Shown here: positions 13,675 to 27,159 of the stretch, one piece after another | Layout: each line of letters begins with the position of its first letter | Numbering within the stretch: position 1 is the stretch's first letter | Assembly (NCBI GenBank): GCA_964016885.1 | Contig: OZ024741.1 | Coordinates: 365,428,001 to 365,492,000 of the forward strand | Direction of reading: 5' to 3' | Source of the DNA: Eledone cirrhosa | Lineage: Eukaryota | Length of the DNA: 64,000 bases | Notes under the pieces: generated by a model | Database searches by the model: none | Told to the model about the DNA's origin: nothing | Seen by the model: only the letters and a program-made list of their open reading frames with translations | Position numbers and translations under genes: made by a program

Positions 13675-13858
13675 GTGTGGTTAGATACCAGATGGACCAT
13701 AATGCACCAGAGTAATCAATACTTAGGATAGTAGAGTGGGTAATAGGAAAAGACTCATGACCGCTACGGCTGAGCTCCGGCCGTTTTGATAGCTAGTTCG
13801 GATCAAGCTGTCGAAACGGCTGGAGCTCAGTCGTCGGGGTCCTGACTCTTTTTGCTAT
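13675..13858. mobile_element. Small hairpin/MITE-like repeat with ~52-bp inverted arms (13743-13794 / 13806-13858); other copies at ~26411-26586, 28724-28820, 38143-38200, 57536-57675
   Basis: Shared motifs taggaaaagagtc..gaccccgacggctgagctc and gtgtggt..accagatggaccata recur at these loci, all next to TA repeats. Confidence 0.7.
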
Positions 13859-14329
13859 ATATATTAAGACAAAATAGTAATATATATATCAGAAGATGAT
13901 GAAACCATATGTATATATGTATGCAGGTTGCTTCTAAGTGTTATTCGTAAAATTAACCAAGTACAACCTGTCACACGGTTGACTAAACTGACAACCCCAG
14001 CAAGCTTGCTTGGTGAAGTGAGTGATTTTGGACATACTGCAGGATGCAAAATATAAAAACCTGACAAAGACCGGCTGAACTGATGAGAGTCAACGGCCAT
14101 GCAGTACTGTGTACATATGAATATATTGTGCGCCTGTATGAATGAGTGTATGTGAGAGTGTTTTTATTTTAAATATTAATCTTTTACACTTTAATATCTT
14201 TTTATAGTGTAATGTTTTACATATATCTTAACATTTTAACCATCTACAATTTTTACTTTTTAATCTATGTACAAACGCCACTTAATATTTTTTCCGCATT
14301 TTAATCTATGTACATACATTGAATCATAG

Positions 14330-17300
14330 AAATACTCGGGTTGGTGTAAGTTCACTGGGAGTGAGGGACGGACCCGCGACCCGCTAGGAGAGGGCTAACT
14401 CGTAGATAAAACCCACTGCTCTACTAAGCTGAACATCTTGCAATTTGCTTGTCTCTGGGCTACTTAGTATTGTTAGTGAGAGTCGTTGTGGTGTAGTGCA
14501 AGTCACATTCGACTTAAAAGTCTTGCACGGGTGTTGATGACACTTAACACTTAATATTTTGTCTTCTTGCCTTCTGAATTCCAGTGGAGATAAGAAGGTG
14601 GTTATGCGTACAGGTCTGACAGTTAGAGATACGCAGCTGCCGACCTGCACACATGCGGCCTTTGGTTGTTACAAACTCACTAGTTCATCGATTTGGGACA
14701 GACAGGAGATTCGAAGGCTTCGTGGGTGACTGAGCATTTATTTTTGGGTTAACACTGCTCACTAATAAATCTGGAGCGGTCTAGAAAAGGGGACCCAAGC
14801 ATTGCCTGCTTGTTTAATCCTTCTGGCCAGTTTCCTGCCTAAAAGATTCAATATAAAACTAAATATATTCTGTTGGAATGTGAGGACCTTCATTCACAAT
14901 CCTGTGGTATCCTCACCTGCACGAAGAACTGCTATGATATGTAAAGAAATTCAAACATATTCTGTCGATATAGTTGCCCTCTCAGAGACTCGGCTTGCTG
15001 AAGAAGGCCAAATCCAAGAATCTACCTGAGGTTATACCTTTTTCTGAAAAGGTAGAAATCTTGCGGATCGAAGAAAAGAAAGTGATGGATTCGCAATTCA
15101 TATAACCATAGTCTCGCACCTGATTGAGTTTCTCCGTGGTATCACTGATAGTATCATGACTCTCCATCTCCATCTAAGTGAAGGTAGATACCCTACCATG
15201 ATCAGTATCTGCTGTGAATACTGAGGATGCCAAGAAACGGTTTGGCGAAGATCTCCGAAATTTACTGCTATGTATTCCTAATTCAGGTAAGATTATCCTT
15301 CTTGATAACTTCAAGGACAGAGTTGGTAAAAATGAACACACATAGAGTTGCCTTGGACGATTTGATGTGGGTAAGGTAAACGACAACGGTTCACTCCTTC
15401 TCGAAGAGTTTACCGAATTTTTACTGTTTATTTCCAGCACACATTTCCAACACAAAAGCGACCCTGTAACAACATGGATGCATCCAAGGTCTAGGCAATG
15501 GCAGTTGTTGGACTACCTGATCGTCCGCAAACGTGGAATGCAAGATGCTTGCGTGGTACAGAGTGCTGGAGAGACCATGCCTTTGTTGGATGGAAGATGC
15601 GTTTATCCATTAAGTTTCCTGCTCGGGACATAAGACACTCAAGGTTTATAAGCATCTAGATGTTGCTATACTCCACTCTCCAGATACACAAACCATCCTG
15701 CGGGACAGGCTCAGCTTCCTTCAAATCTCGGGACTGGTTTAGAGTAAATTACCAAGCAATAAGTGCTATGTTTGCCACCAATAACAATATACGTAACCGT
15801 CTCTTGCGGGAGCAGCTATCAGAAATACAGAGAAAACAAGTTTAAGCAAGCTAAGGCTGATGCACAACGCACTTTGCGGAAAATGCAGGACACCTGGAGA
15901 TCAAAAACTGCAGCAGAGATGTAGGCGGCTGATGATTAAGAAAATAGCAAAGGGCTATATAACCTAATAGAACAAGCTTTTAGGACCTATGCGGCAAGAA
16001 TCACACCTCTGCGGACAAAAGATAGCAGTGGCCTACACACTGCTATGGGCAAAATCACCAGTCGATGGAGAGAACACTTTACAGAACTCCTGAACAGAGA
16101 TTCCCATGTGGATGCTAGTTCTGGGTACTATAGATCAGCACCCATAGTCTACACAATGGATACACCACCCTCCCTGGAAGAGGTGCGTAAGTCCCTTGCT
16201 CAGCTAAATCTTGGAAAAGCAGCTGGTCAAGATGGTCACTTTGCTAAGATCTTTCGGTTCGGAGAAAATCACATGCTATAATGATTCCTCTGTACTAGGG
16301 CAGAAGTGTCCGCGAACTTTGCGGAAGCTACAGAGGCATAGCTCTTTTTTGCACAGCCGGAAAGATTTTTTCCAGGGTCAGCCTGTCCAGACTGAACTCC
16401 CATATCTCTTTCAGGGTTCTACCTGAATCGCAGTGTGGCTTACGAACAAACAAAGGAAATATGGACATGGTATTTACAGCGTATTAAATCCAACAAAAAT
16501 GTAGCGCAGGGTGAGTGCTTTTATTAAGTCTTTGTCGGTCTCACAAAGGCCTTTGATATGGTCAACACGGAAGCGCTCTGGTTTGTTTAGGGTAGGCTGG
16601 GCTGTCTCCTCCGCTTCATCAACTTGGTCAATTCCTTCTAGGATAAAATGGAGGCTTCTGTCAGTGTTGGAGCTATTATATTTGAACCAATAATAGTAGA
16701 GAACGGTGTTAGACAGGGAGATCTGGTTGTACTGACTTTGTTTTCTAGCTTCTCTACTTTTCTTAATGATGCCTTCATAAAATGTAACCAAAGTGTGTAT
16801 TTACGATATCGCAGTACAAGGAAGCCTTTTAACATACGCCTCTTTGCCGCTAAATCAAATGTCCTTCTAACTCTTGTCCGCGATCTCCTCTATCTGATCA
16901 CTACGACAAGTTTCTGGAACACTGACAATGACATGTAGAGTCTCATGGACCGGCTGTCCCAGCCATGTAAGGTCTTTCGTCTAACAATCAGTCTTGATAA
17001 AACAGCTGTCATGTTTCAACCAGCACGAGGCCCAGTCTGTGTGGATCCTTCTATTTACGTCAATGGGAAGAAGCTAAAGGTAGTTGAGAAATTTACTTAC
17101 CTCGTTAAACCGTCACTGCTCCTTCGATGATGAAATATATCTCCGACTAAAGAAAGCCAGTGACACCATCTTTTGCTCTTCAAGACCGTGTTTGGTCTCA
17201 GAAAGACTTGTAAAAGAAAACAAAGCTAGATATTTATAATGCCTGTGCTCTTACAAGCTTAATTTACACTTGTGAGACCCGGGTGATTTACAGGAAACAT

Positions 17301-17400
17301 TTAAAATTATTGCAGCGCTTCCACCTAAGCTGCATAAGATCAATTTTGAGCATTCACTGGTCCTCGCTTGTTCCAGACACTGAGGTACTGGAACAAATGA
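14330..17400 (+). mobile_element. Degenerate near-full-length RTE-clade LINE (APE endonuclease + RT, many stops and frameshifts)
   Basis: Motifs WNVRT, DIVALSETR, TWMHPRSRQWQLLDY, RWREHFTELLN, PESQCG, TKAFD, GVRQG, LTISLDKT, VEKFTYL appear in the expected order. Confidence 0.9.
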
Positions 17401-18012
17401 TTGACTTCATGCCTGATTTCGAATTTACTAATGACTGATTGTAACAGCTGATACATTGTCAGGATCTTAAGAGCGTTGGATAAAATATTTCGCAATATTT
17501 TTTCCCGGTTCTTTATATTCTAAGTTCAAAACCTGCTATTATCAACTGTGCCTTTCATTTGTGAGAAGTCGATAAAATAAAGTATGAGCTACATACTGAA
17601 TTTGAAATAATTGGTTTTCTATTTCCTCCAGTGTTACATATGTTGTGTCTAAATTTGCACTGTTTATTACATTGCCATGGTTCTATTTGAATTTTAATAT
17701 TCTTACGTTTCACCAGGAGTCGTGTTTAATATGTATTCATTATATTTTCCTTATAGAATATTCTAGTGAATGATATTTTAAGGTAGAAACACGATTGCAG
17801 AACTTCTCAAGAGGTTATATATAATATATTAGGCGGCGAGCTTGTAAAGTCGTTAGAACGTTGGAAAGAATGCTTCACAGTATTTGTTTTGCCGCCCTGC
17901 GCTTTGAGTCATATCATAACAAGCTTAGCATTACATTTTACCCTTTGCTGGACAATAAATAAATACCAGTTAAGTGATGGTAACTATTCTTTTTCTATGC
18001 CCCCTCTCTCTC

Positions 18013-18082
<70 letters not shown>

Positions 18083-19099
18083 ACACACACACTATAACCC
18101 CACCCCACACTCTATCTCTCTATTTCTTTATGTCTCCCTCACTCTCTCTCTCAGGTTTTAAAGAACTCAAGATACGCTGCATTTCACAACAGTTCTCCTA
18201 CGACTTCATAAGTAGTTCGGAGCCCATAGATGTTTCATTTGTGATGTCCATATGTCTATACTTCTGAAAAAACATTAACGACGCTAAGAAACGTTTATTA
18301 GCATAAAAAAGAACTGAAACCTCATTCACTGCTTATTCTCATCTCATAGAGCATTTATCGAATACTTCTTGTTATTTTACATCGCTTATCATATAAAATA
18401 TTGAAATGGTTTTGACAATGAGTGTTCTAGTCATTAGATCAACGAGAGAGCCTGCCCACGAAAATAGCGTGTGAGTGACTAATCATTCCAAAGACACGTG
18501 TACTCTTATTGTAATCCGGATGGAAATCCAGTGTGAGATGTAGGAATGTGCCTTTGAGTTACATGTACAGTCCATCTGAAGGGCTTGTCTATCAAATTTC
18601 ACTCACGAGTATAAAGTTGACTCGAAAATATGTTAAATTACAATGCCGAAGTTGACATGCAGTTGGTTAGAACGTGGAATCTAATGATGACAAATCAAAG
18701 TTCTTTAACATTCGGCCATGATGCGCCCTCATATACAATATCAATATTAACCAGATTTCATTTCTAGAATTCTTTATTGATGGTGGATATAATTTGAAAT
18801 ATATGAATTCAATGAAGTATTTTGATAAACGAAACATATTCTTAATCTTGTGAGCGATGATAGAGGTGATAAAAACCTATTTATGATCAAAGATAATGGA
18901 ATTGATTGTGTATAATGATACGGATATCATATTCAATGACATTTTAAGAGCACCAAAACGAAGTATAAGTGTTCTCGGTTTAATGATCAAACAGAGACAA
19001 AGGAAATAAAGATTTATATTAAAAAAATAACATGATGACTCACATACACGATCTTACTAATATCTATCTATCTATGTATTTATCTATCAATCTTCTGCC

Positions 19100-19420
19100 T
19101 ATCTGCCTATCGCCTTCATTTAAGAATGAAGGAGAGGCGATTTTCCTCTGTCTGGTGGCTATGGCGAACGAGGTAATATGGTGGACGAGGTTCAAAGGAC
19201 TGAGGGCAAACACCTTTCGATCTGGAAAACAACTCATCCCCTTCTTTAAGTACTACTTCAGAAGGAAGGTGAGAGTGGAGAGACAGGTGCTACACTCCAG
19301 TAAATTCGCTGAAAGGTGGGGGAATGAACCTGTAGATTTAGGGAGACAAACATAGGGAAGAAGGGAACTACAAAACGTGCTCCTGGTGTTGAGTGTTATT
19401 CTATCCTTGGGGTTATTTAA
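19100..19420 (+). mobile_element. Second short 3' fragment of the Tx1-like LINE, preceded by ctat repeats
   Basis: SPSFKNEGEAIFLCLVAMANEVIWWTR matches ORF 12790-13317. Confidence 0.8.
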
Positions 19421-20998
19421 ATAGATATTATATAATGTAATATTTAGATAAAAGGAGTTCAAACCACAACAAATATCTACATAATAAACTACATAATGTA
19501 CCATAATATGCAGAGAAATCAAGAAAAATAAGTGCAACTAAAGAGAATACTTAGATAAATAATATAATTTGTGCACTATACATTTTCAAAGCTTCAGAGT
19601 TCTGAACATATATAGTTTAAATATACTAACTCATAATATAACACAGAAATTGTGTTACAAATTAGTATTTAATAGAGAGAATCATAAAACAAATGAAAAA
19701 AGCTTGTATCATGTATCATAGAAATGTTTAAAATTATGAATATTAAACAGATACTTAGGAATGTAAAAATGGGTAATAAATATATATGATAAGCAGTTTC
19801 ACACGAAACGAAGAGGAAATGGAAGTAATAGTTTACAAATGAAGAAAAATTGATTTATTTTCTATGAATAATAAACACCAACTTCAATAACAGAATTAAC
19901 AAACGCCAATTTGATCTCGAGAACAAATTCAAAGAAAGTCAAAGGCCGGTCGTCAGATCGGATCAAAGATTTATGTTTTCATTGGCCCTTCCGTTGCTGA
20001 TATTATCTGAAGGCTTCAACTCCTACCATAAGACGATGACATTTCATTTCCGAACGCAGGGAGCCAGATCAGATACTGAAAAACATCTTGTCCGACATTT
20101 TATCAACACTTCCACATCACAAAATGACAAAATGCAAAGTTGACAGGAATTCAACTCAGAATGCAGAGAGTCGGAACGGAAAAGAAATAAAAACTTGATC
20201 GTAAGAACCCTGTCAACAAAAACCAAAAGCAGCAACAATCTCGTCATCCATTCAAACACGACAAGGAAAACAATACGAATTTGACAAGAACATTTATCGT
20301 CTTCACTCAAACTTTAATTCTCTGAACTATAGAAAAACATTTTGTCAATCAGCTCTCAATATCATTAACTCTTTCGCGATAACAATTACATTACTAAATT
20401 AGAAATCGAAGATTGAGGATTTCCTAGCACTTCCTCTTATTCGGCTAATCAATATATCAAAATCTGGTTTGTTTTTTTGTATCGTTAGTAAATATACATT
20501 ATACTCAATCTTATCCAACCCAAGATGACTATCGGGTACGAAAATCAAGAAATATACTGACGTGAAACTTGACTGATTCAATAATTTCGAAAACTGAAAA
20601 TCAGTCTCATCTTTCAATTTGAGATTTGCTAGCACTAACCATCAATATCAAAGCGTATCAATAATGAAACCATCAACCTTGCATTATATATTACGAAATC
20701 AACCTGGGCGGCATTATGATCTGAGGTCAAATCCCGCCGAGGTTAACTTTGCCTTTCAACCTTACAAAGTCGATAAATTAAAGTACCAGTAATAGACTGG
20801 ATTAATTGCTGGCCTTGTGCCAACAGTAGAAACAATTATATATTACAAAGCCCATCTAAAATCGACACGATTTCATTTAAAATAAGGTCTCCCCGCAACT
20901 ACAGCAACTTTAATAGGTAAAAATATTCACCGGAAATCTTAAATTGTACCATCGAATGAAACGATTCGGCTGAAAATAATGTTGTATATATATATATA

Positions 20999-21076
<78 letters not shown>

Positions 21077-21289
21077 TGGGGTTGATAGTGGTGAGTATGG
21101 ATGAATAAAGAAGGATGTGGTATAGCAGGCGATGGAGTGACGGTGAAGTAGATGGAGGGGATATGTATATATGTGTGTGTATAAATCTTTTCACTACTAT
21201 TCTAGTCATCACCCAAACCCCCCTCCGCTACCAGCTCACTGTATAAATTGCCATTACTGCCATTAACAAACAAACCCTCAAAACAATCA

Positions 21290-22150
21290 AAATCAGCCAT
21301 GTTTAAGGCACAAGGCATCATCCCTTCCACCAATACTAAAAAATGGAAGATCCAGTTTATTGAGGATTGGGTTGATGACCATCCTAACCACATTTCTTTC
21401 TTCGTCCTCACCGAGACCCATTTTAATCCCCTCCACTTGGATACCGAGGTGAGAGTGAAGAATTTCAAAGCTATCCGTGCAGATCGCACAGGCAGAAGAA
21501 AGGGCGGAACTGCCATTTTTCTACATGATTCTTTTTCGACAGACTAAAAACATATTTTCCAATGGATACTGTGAAGTAGTCACTGTTTACAGTAAAACCA
21601 ACTTAATAGTAGTTGGGCTCTATAAGCCACACAAAAAGCCTCTACCATGCTTCAAGAAATGCCTCAACAGATTAAGTGTTTCCTCCAACAGTGTCACCCT
21701 GGCAACAGCTTAATGATGGGGAACGTCAACCTTCCCAATGTTGACTGGTTCACAAAAAGCTTGATACCAGGTTTCTCCACCGCCAACCGCTGATAAGGAG
21801 GCAGTAGAATAGCTTCTTGATTTCAAGGAAGAGTTTTTCCTGTCCTCAATTGTGCTCGTACCAACATTGTGTCACAAAAACGTATTGGACTTAATGCCTA
21901 GTAACCATAGTGACACTATCCACAATATTGCAGTAGAAAAAAGTCTACTCTCGGACTATGGCATGGTTCTCTGTGATGTGAGATTCCACCGTCCAAAAAG
22001 AACACCCAATGAAATCCCTCCAGTTCATCCATTTGACACCATGGATCTTCATAATGCAAAGTGGAAAGCGTGAATCATGATCTTTCATATGCCGATTGGT
22101 CTTTCACACACGCACACGCACAAACACACACAAACACACACAAACACACA

Positions 22151-22216
<66 letters not shown>

Positions 22217-22830
22217 AAAAGATCCTGGCAAACACTTGTAGACACTGTGACAAATATATAAGCAAAACATACCCCATTAAGATCTGTAAACAAATCTTAT
22301 CAGAAAAATTAAGAGAATTAACCAATAAAAAAAAAAAAATCAACAAACGTAAATACTGCAACACACCCATTTGACTGCAATTGCATCACTAGAATCGAAA
22401 AAACATAACCTACAAAACAGCATGATACCCATCATCAACAATCAAAGAGCAGCTGAAGAGGTCTGGGCCATTGAGAAAACCAAACTCCATCTCAAAGTAT
22501 TCTTTTAATTTGCGAAAAAACACAAGGTCACTGTCTCCACTGTTGGCCCTCTAATTAATGAAAATGGCACTCTCCAAGATAATGCTAAACCCGTGGGTGA
22601 GATACTGCAGAAACAATACTGCTCTGTGTTCAGCAATCCTGATATGGCTGATAGGACATAACGTTAGGCGCCCCTGCTGTCTTAGCGGCAATAAACAAAA
22701 CTAAACACATCTCAGCAGTATGCAGCGATATGTTCCCTGCTTGTGTCCTGGAGGTGTGTCGACGCCAATTTGCATCTCCTCTTGTTAATCTGTGGAGGAA
22801 GTCACTGGATACTGGATATATACCAGAAAA
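21290..22830 (+). mobile_element. Degenerate CR1/L2-group LINE fragment (APE endonuclease and linker), interrupted by (CA)n
   Basis: LTETHF..DTEV..FKAIRADR.GR.KGGTAIF, then PT....LDL...SDY and later SVFS motifs. Confidence 0.7.
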
Positions 22831-23150
22831 CTCACTATCCTAATCAGTTGTCCCAGTTTTCACAAAAGGAAAACATGAGTGGAATAGCAACATCACAACT
22901 ACTTATTGAGGACAAAAAAATAAAGAAAAGAAATGAAGACATACAAACACACACAAAAACTAAACTAACAAAACAAATCAGACACACACAGATAGAACAA
23001 ACAACCAACTAGTGACAAGTAAATAAACACATAAATAATTAAACACGCAGACACGCACCTGGATGTAACGCATGCGCAAATTAAGCACACAACACACATA
23101 AACAAGATGGTGTAGGACAGAACAAAAGAGAGACACAAAATAAAAATCTA

Positions 23151-23193
23151 GTCACTGAGGAGGTCACATAATGTGTGACGAAAGAGCTTTGAC
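23151..23193 (+). ncRNA. Hammerhead motif in PLE 3'-UTR copy (22880-23310; homologous to 44750-45180)
   Basis: gtca CTGAGGA g GTCACAT-aat-GTGTGAC GAAA-G-ag-CTT tgac. Confidence 0.7.
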
Positions 23194-23308
23194 AATATAT
23201 AAACAACTATCCGGTTATCGAACCAACCAACCCGACGGAAATTTATAATAAATTGAAGTGAAAACCAACAGGTGCATTTGGTTTTATTGGCAACATGAAC
23301 CCCCCAAA

Positions 23309-23345
<37 letters not shown>

Positions 23346-23362
23346 TTCATGTGATCAAATAT

Positions 23363-23426
23363 ATTTTATTATACATATTTCAGAGGTACTGAGCTATTTC
23401 ATCAGTACGTCCTCATCAGATAAAAT
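23363..23426 (-). ncRNA. Type-I hammerhead at the 3' end of the minus-strand PLE 23340-26330
   Basis: Reverse complement reads attttat CTGATGA ggacGTACTGA-tgaaatagc-TCAGTACctct GAAA tatgtATA ataaaat. Confidence 0.75.
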
Positions 23427-24562
23427 CAATTGATGTCTGACATACCTCGACTGTGCTGATGGTCTAAATCCAGTCTTGGCAGTGATTAGTTATGACAAAA
23501 CTCAATATTTATATACCATAAGTTGAAACATGAAAAACTACATATAATAAAGAGGGTACGTATGAAAATGTTTATAAAAATATATAATAATAAATATAAT
23601 AATTTTATATAAAGGCAAGTAATAAATATAAACATAGTACTACATAACTGTTAAAAATTTAAATAATAAAATATTTATACCTCCGTATTATAGAAGGAGC
23701 AAAGGAGAGAGCGAGAGAACTAACAGGAGGAGAGAGAGACAAGGAAAGAGATATGATAGTAAAAACAAAGAAAGGGAGATATGTTTGGTAACATATAATT
23801 ACATAAGGAGAAGGAAAATCAAGGTATATGATGCGTGACAGTTTTTTTCAAATATTAAGTTAATTAGAAATAATCAATTAATTAAATAACTTGACATTTT
23901 TAGACTATAATATTTGAAAGAACCTATATGATTGTATTATATCAAAGTTAAAGCAAATATAAAGTGAAAAAGATAATTTAACATAACTCCAAGGGTAATC
24001 AAGAGTATATTTAAATTAAAAAATATAGTCAATAATTTAGTTAGAAAGATTAAAATTAAAAATGTTAACTAACCATAAAGCTTATAAATGTAGTAAATAT
24101 GATATTATTAAACCAGATTTATTTAGATATACGCATTTGTATAGTTCATATATAAACTATAAGATTTAAATTGATATTTGTCAATTATATATAATATCAA
24201 TTATTAGTTATAATTACACTTAAGAGTGTTATAAATTTGATTTAACTAGATTTTACTGTATTCAAAATTATACATCAAGTTAAGTACAAATTATTAATCA
24301 AGTTAGATAAAACGAAAATTTTATACTATAAATGTAAACAATATCCTCGTAAGACGATAACAAACATTTAAAGTAATTAAACGGTTTACGAGTCTGGAGA
24401 CTTTACAGGTATCAAATATATAAGATACAAGATTTATAAAATACAAAAACAAAATTAACTGTATTTAAACAATCTAGAGATTTGCATACTCTATAAGAGA
24501 GCAGGTAAACAATGTCTATGGTTAGGTTATATCTTAGGTTATACCTTATATCTAATATTAAT

Positions 24563-24751
24563 AATTGTTTCTACTATTGGCACAAGGCCAGAAATTACCC
24601 AGTACATTACTGGTACTTTATTTTATCGACCCCGTAAGGATGAAAGGCAAAGTTAACCTCGGCGGGATTTGAACTCAGAATAGCAAGGGCCGTAACTCTA
24701 TGCATCAAAGCATGGCGTCCGACCCTCTACCGATACTGCCAATCCACCGCC
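24563..24751 (-). mobile_element. Full-length SINE family A with TSD atatctaatattaataat
   Basis: Complete head and tail with a duplicated flank. Confidence 0.9.
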
Positions 24752-26337
24752 ACTATTAATATCTAATATTAATAATAGCAGTAATAATGAAAAAAACATT
24801 ACAAGAATTATTAATCAGAGACAATATCACTTGGAATTATTAATAAAAGTCAAAATCAATTCACGTTTAGTCAATGTTTCTTCCTAATTTTATATGATGC
24901 TTGGAATGTAGATGCGGATTTGTGCAGGCAGTTTGAGAATAATTCACTTTCTTTGTTAATTAGGTTACCATAATTAGCAATTATTAATAGGCTCTCAGTA
25001 TTACAAAGATTGCAGTTAGGGGGAATAGAAGAATTTTGGTAGACTTGACAATTGCAAAGCTTGGACCAAAATATTGAGTATTTAAAATTTTTCTCTTTTT
25101 AAGTTGTGATAAAGAAGTAGAAATTTCTTATCCGGATTAGAAAAAGAATGCTTATGATTGGAAAATCTCAATTTAAAGCTCGATGAAGTTGCACCTATAT
25201 AGTTGTAGGTAATGTTATTTGCTTTAACGGTACATTTATATACTAAGTTCTTATCAAGGCAATTATTTTGCAAAGGGCAATTAGATCTATTTCCACAGTT
25301 ACATTTCGATTTTCTGTTATTACTATAATTTAAACTGTGCGCATTATCATTGCTAATATTTGTAGGTGTTCTATTGTAAGTACTTAAATTAATGTTATTG
25401 TTATTCTCAGTATCAATATTATTGCTAATGTTAATATTGTCATTATCACTAATTATCTGTTGGTTATAACTAAGAATTCTACTATTTATTTTTGCAATGT
25501 TCTGAGCCATATTCATAGTTGTAGAGTAAGATAGCTTAACTGTGTGTCTATTGAATATGGAATAGTATTTATGCGTTCTAGGGAAACATTTATCTAATGC
25601 CTTAAAAAGTAATTGTGCTAGGGGTGTTTTAATAGCTAAAGACGCAGGTTGTGCGTACCAAATAACTGATTTGGTTCTGATTTTTTCCCTGATTTATTCA
25701 CGAAATTAGTATTTTTATTTATATTTAAATTATTTTTAGAGTCTGCTTTATTTATGTTATTCCTATTATTACTTATTTTATAATTAGAATTACTATTATC
25801 TAGATATTCAATATTATTTTTATATCCTGCCTTATCCAACGCTTCATTATAATATCCAGCTTTGTTATCAAAAATAGATTTGTTAGCCGATATTCTAGTT
25901 AGACGTTGTTGAACTGTATTGACTATTACATTTTTAACAGATTTAGGGTGATTAGAATGAAAGCTAATGTAATTTAGGTTTTCATTGGCCTTATGGAAGG
26001 GGTAATATAGTCCTGAATTTAAATTAAGGGGGACATCAAGGAAGTTAACTACTTTACTGTTACTTTCTACTTCTAATTTCAGGTCATAATTTTTAAAGAA
26101 TCCTATAATTGTTTTCTTAACCCTATTTAGTTCATTATTGCTATGTTTAACTACAGTAAATAATATATATAAACCACCGGTATTCTCCGGCAATTTTCTA
26201 TTTAACATATTAAGGATAAAAATTCCCAGAAGATCGGTAACTTGCGCAGAGTCAGACGATCCCATGGTAATGTTAACATTTTTATTCCTATCAGAACGAG
26301 TCCAAAAATCATTATTAAAATTATATATTATACATAT

Positions 26338-26411
<74 letters not shown>

Positions 26412-26582
26412 CGAAGATGGTGTGGTAAAATACCAGGTGGACAATAGAGCACCAGAGTACTCGAAACTTAGGGTAGTGGGTAATAGCAAAAGAGTCAGTA
26501 CATTGACAGCTGAGCTCCGGCCGATTCGAGATCTAGATACTAACGTGCGAGCGGATTTAGTCCTCGGCGCCCTGACTCTTTT

Positions 26583-26639
<57 letters not shown>

Positions 26640-26735
26640 GTTAAAATACAGGAGCGTGTTGGAGTTAAACACCCTCTTCGTATTATAGAAATGACAGTAA
26701 AAGGTATAGCTTATGTAGTTAAACAGAGCCGAAGA

Positions 26736-27102
26736 ATTAAGAAAGTAAAACAAAGAAGCCTTCAATACATCAAAAGTCTTTATTAGCCGACAATGTTTCG
26801 TCCTATTACGGACTCATCAGGGCAATTAAAACAACAAGAAGTATTATCGGCCAATACAAGCCGGAAACTCCGAAGAATATGGAGTGTACATACACTAAAG
26901 TATTGCAAGATTATGGGTAAAAATATATAATAAAAATAATAAAAAAATATATAATAAAAATTACTAAGGAGGTGTATAACATATTGTATTGGCCGATAAT
27001 ACTTCTTGTTGTTTTAATTGCCCTGATGAGTCCTTAATAGGACGAAACATTGTCGGCTAATAAAGACTTTTGATGTATTGAAGGCTTCTTCGTTTTACTT
27101 TC

Positions 27103-27107
<5 letters not shown>
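26736..27107. repeat. Inverted repeat (124-bp arms) carrying a hammerhead on each strand
   Basis: 26736-26859 is the reverse complement of 26984-27107 (about 2 mismatches). Confidence 0.92.
27016..27061 (+). ncRNA. Canonical minimal type-I hammerhead ribozyme (mirror copy on - strand at ~26782-26827)
   Basis: attgcc CTGATGA GTCC-ttaata-GGAC GAAA-C-att-GTC ggctaat, with a GUC cleavage triplet. Confidence 0.88.
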
Positions 27108-27158
<51 letters not shown>

Positions 27159-27159
27159 A

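Larger units (their letters stand above)
23340..26330 (-). mobile_element. 5'-truncated Penelope-like element: RT C-half + GIY-YIG (24870-26275), long AT-rich 3' UTR, terminal HHR
   Basis: MGSSDSAQVTDLLG, VNFLDV..NL..G.YYPFHK.N..LNYI...SNHP, CNCGNRSNCPLQNNC..NLVYKC..YIGATSSSFKLRFSNHK, CNLC. Frameshifted; a SINE is inserted at 24563-24751. Confidence 0.85.

Noticed and set aside
14336-14405. Possible HDV-like ribozyme at the RTE 5' end (cgggttg/cgacccg pairing, gctaactc)
   Set aside because: P3, L3 and P1.1 could not be assigned, and the element is too decayed to support a call.
20044-20635. Unique-looking sequence with short ORFs
   Set aside because: No domain recognised and no consistent splice or ORF pattern.
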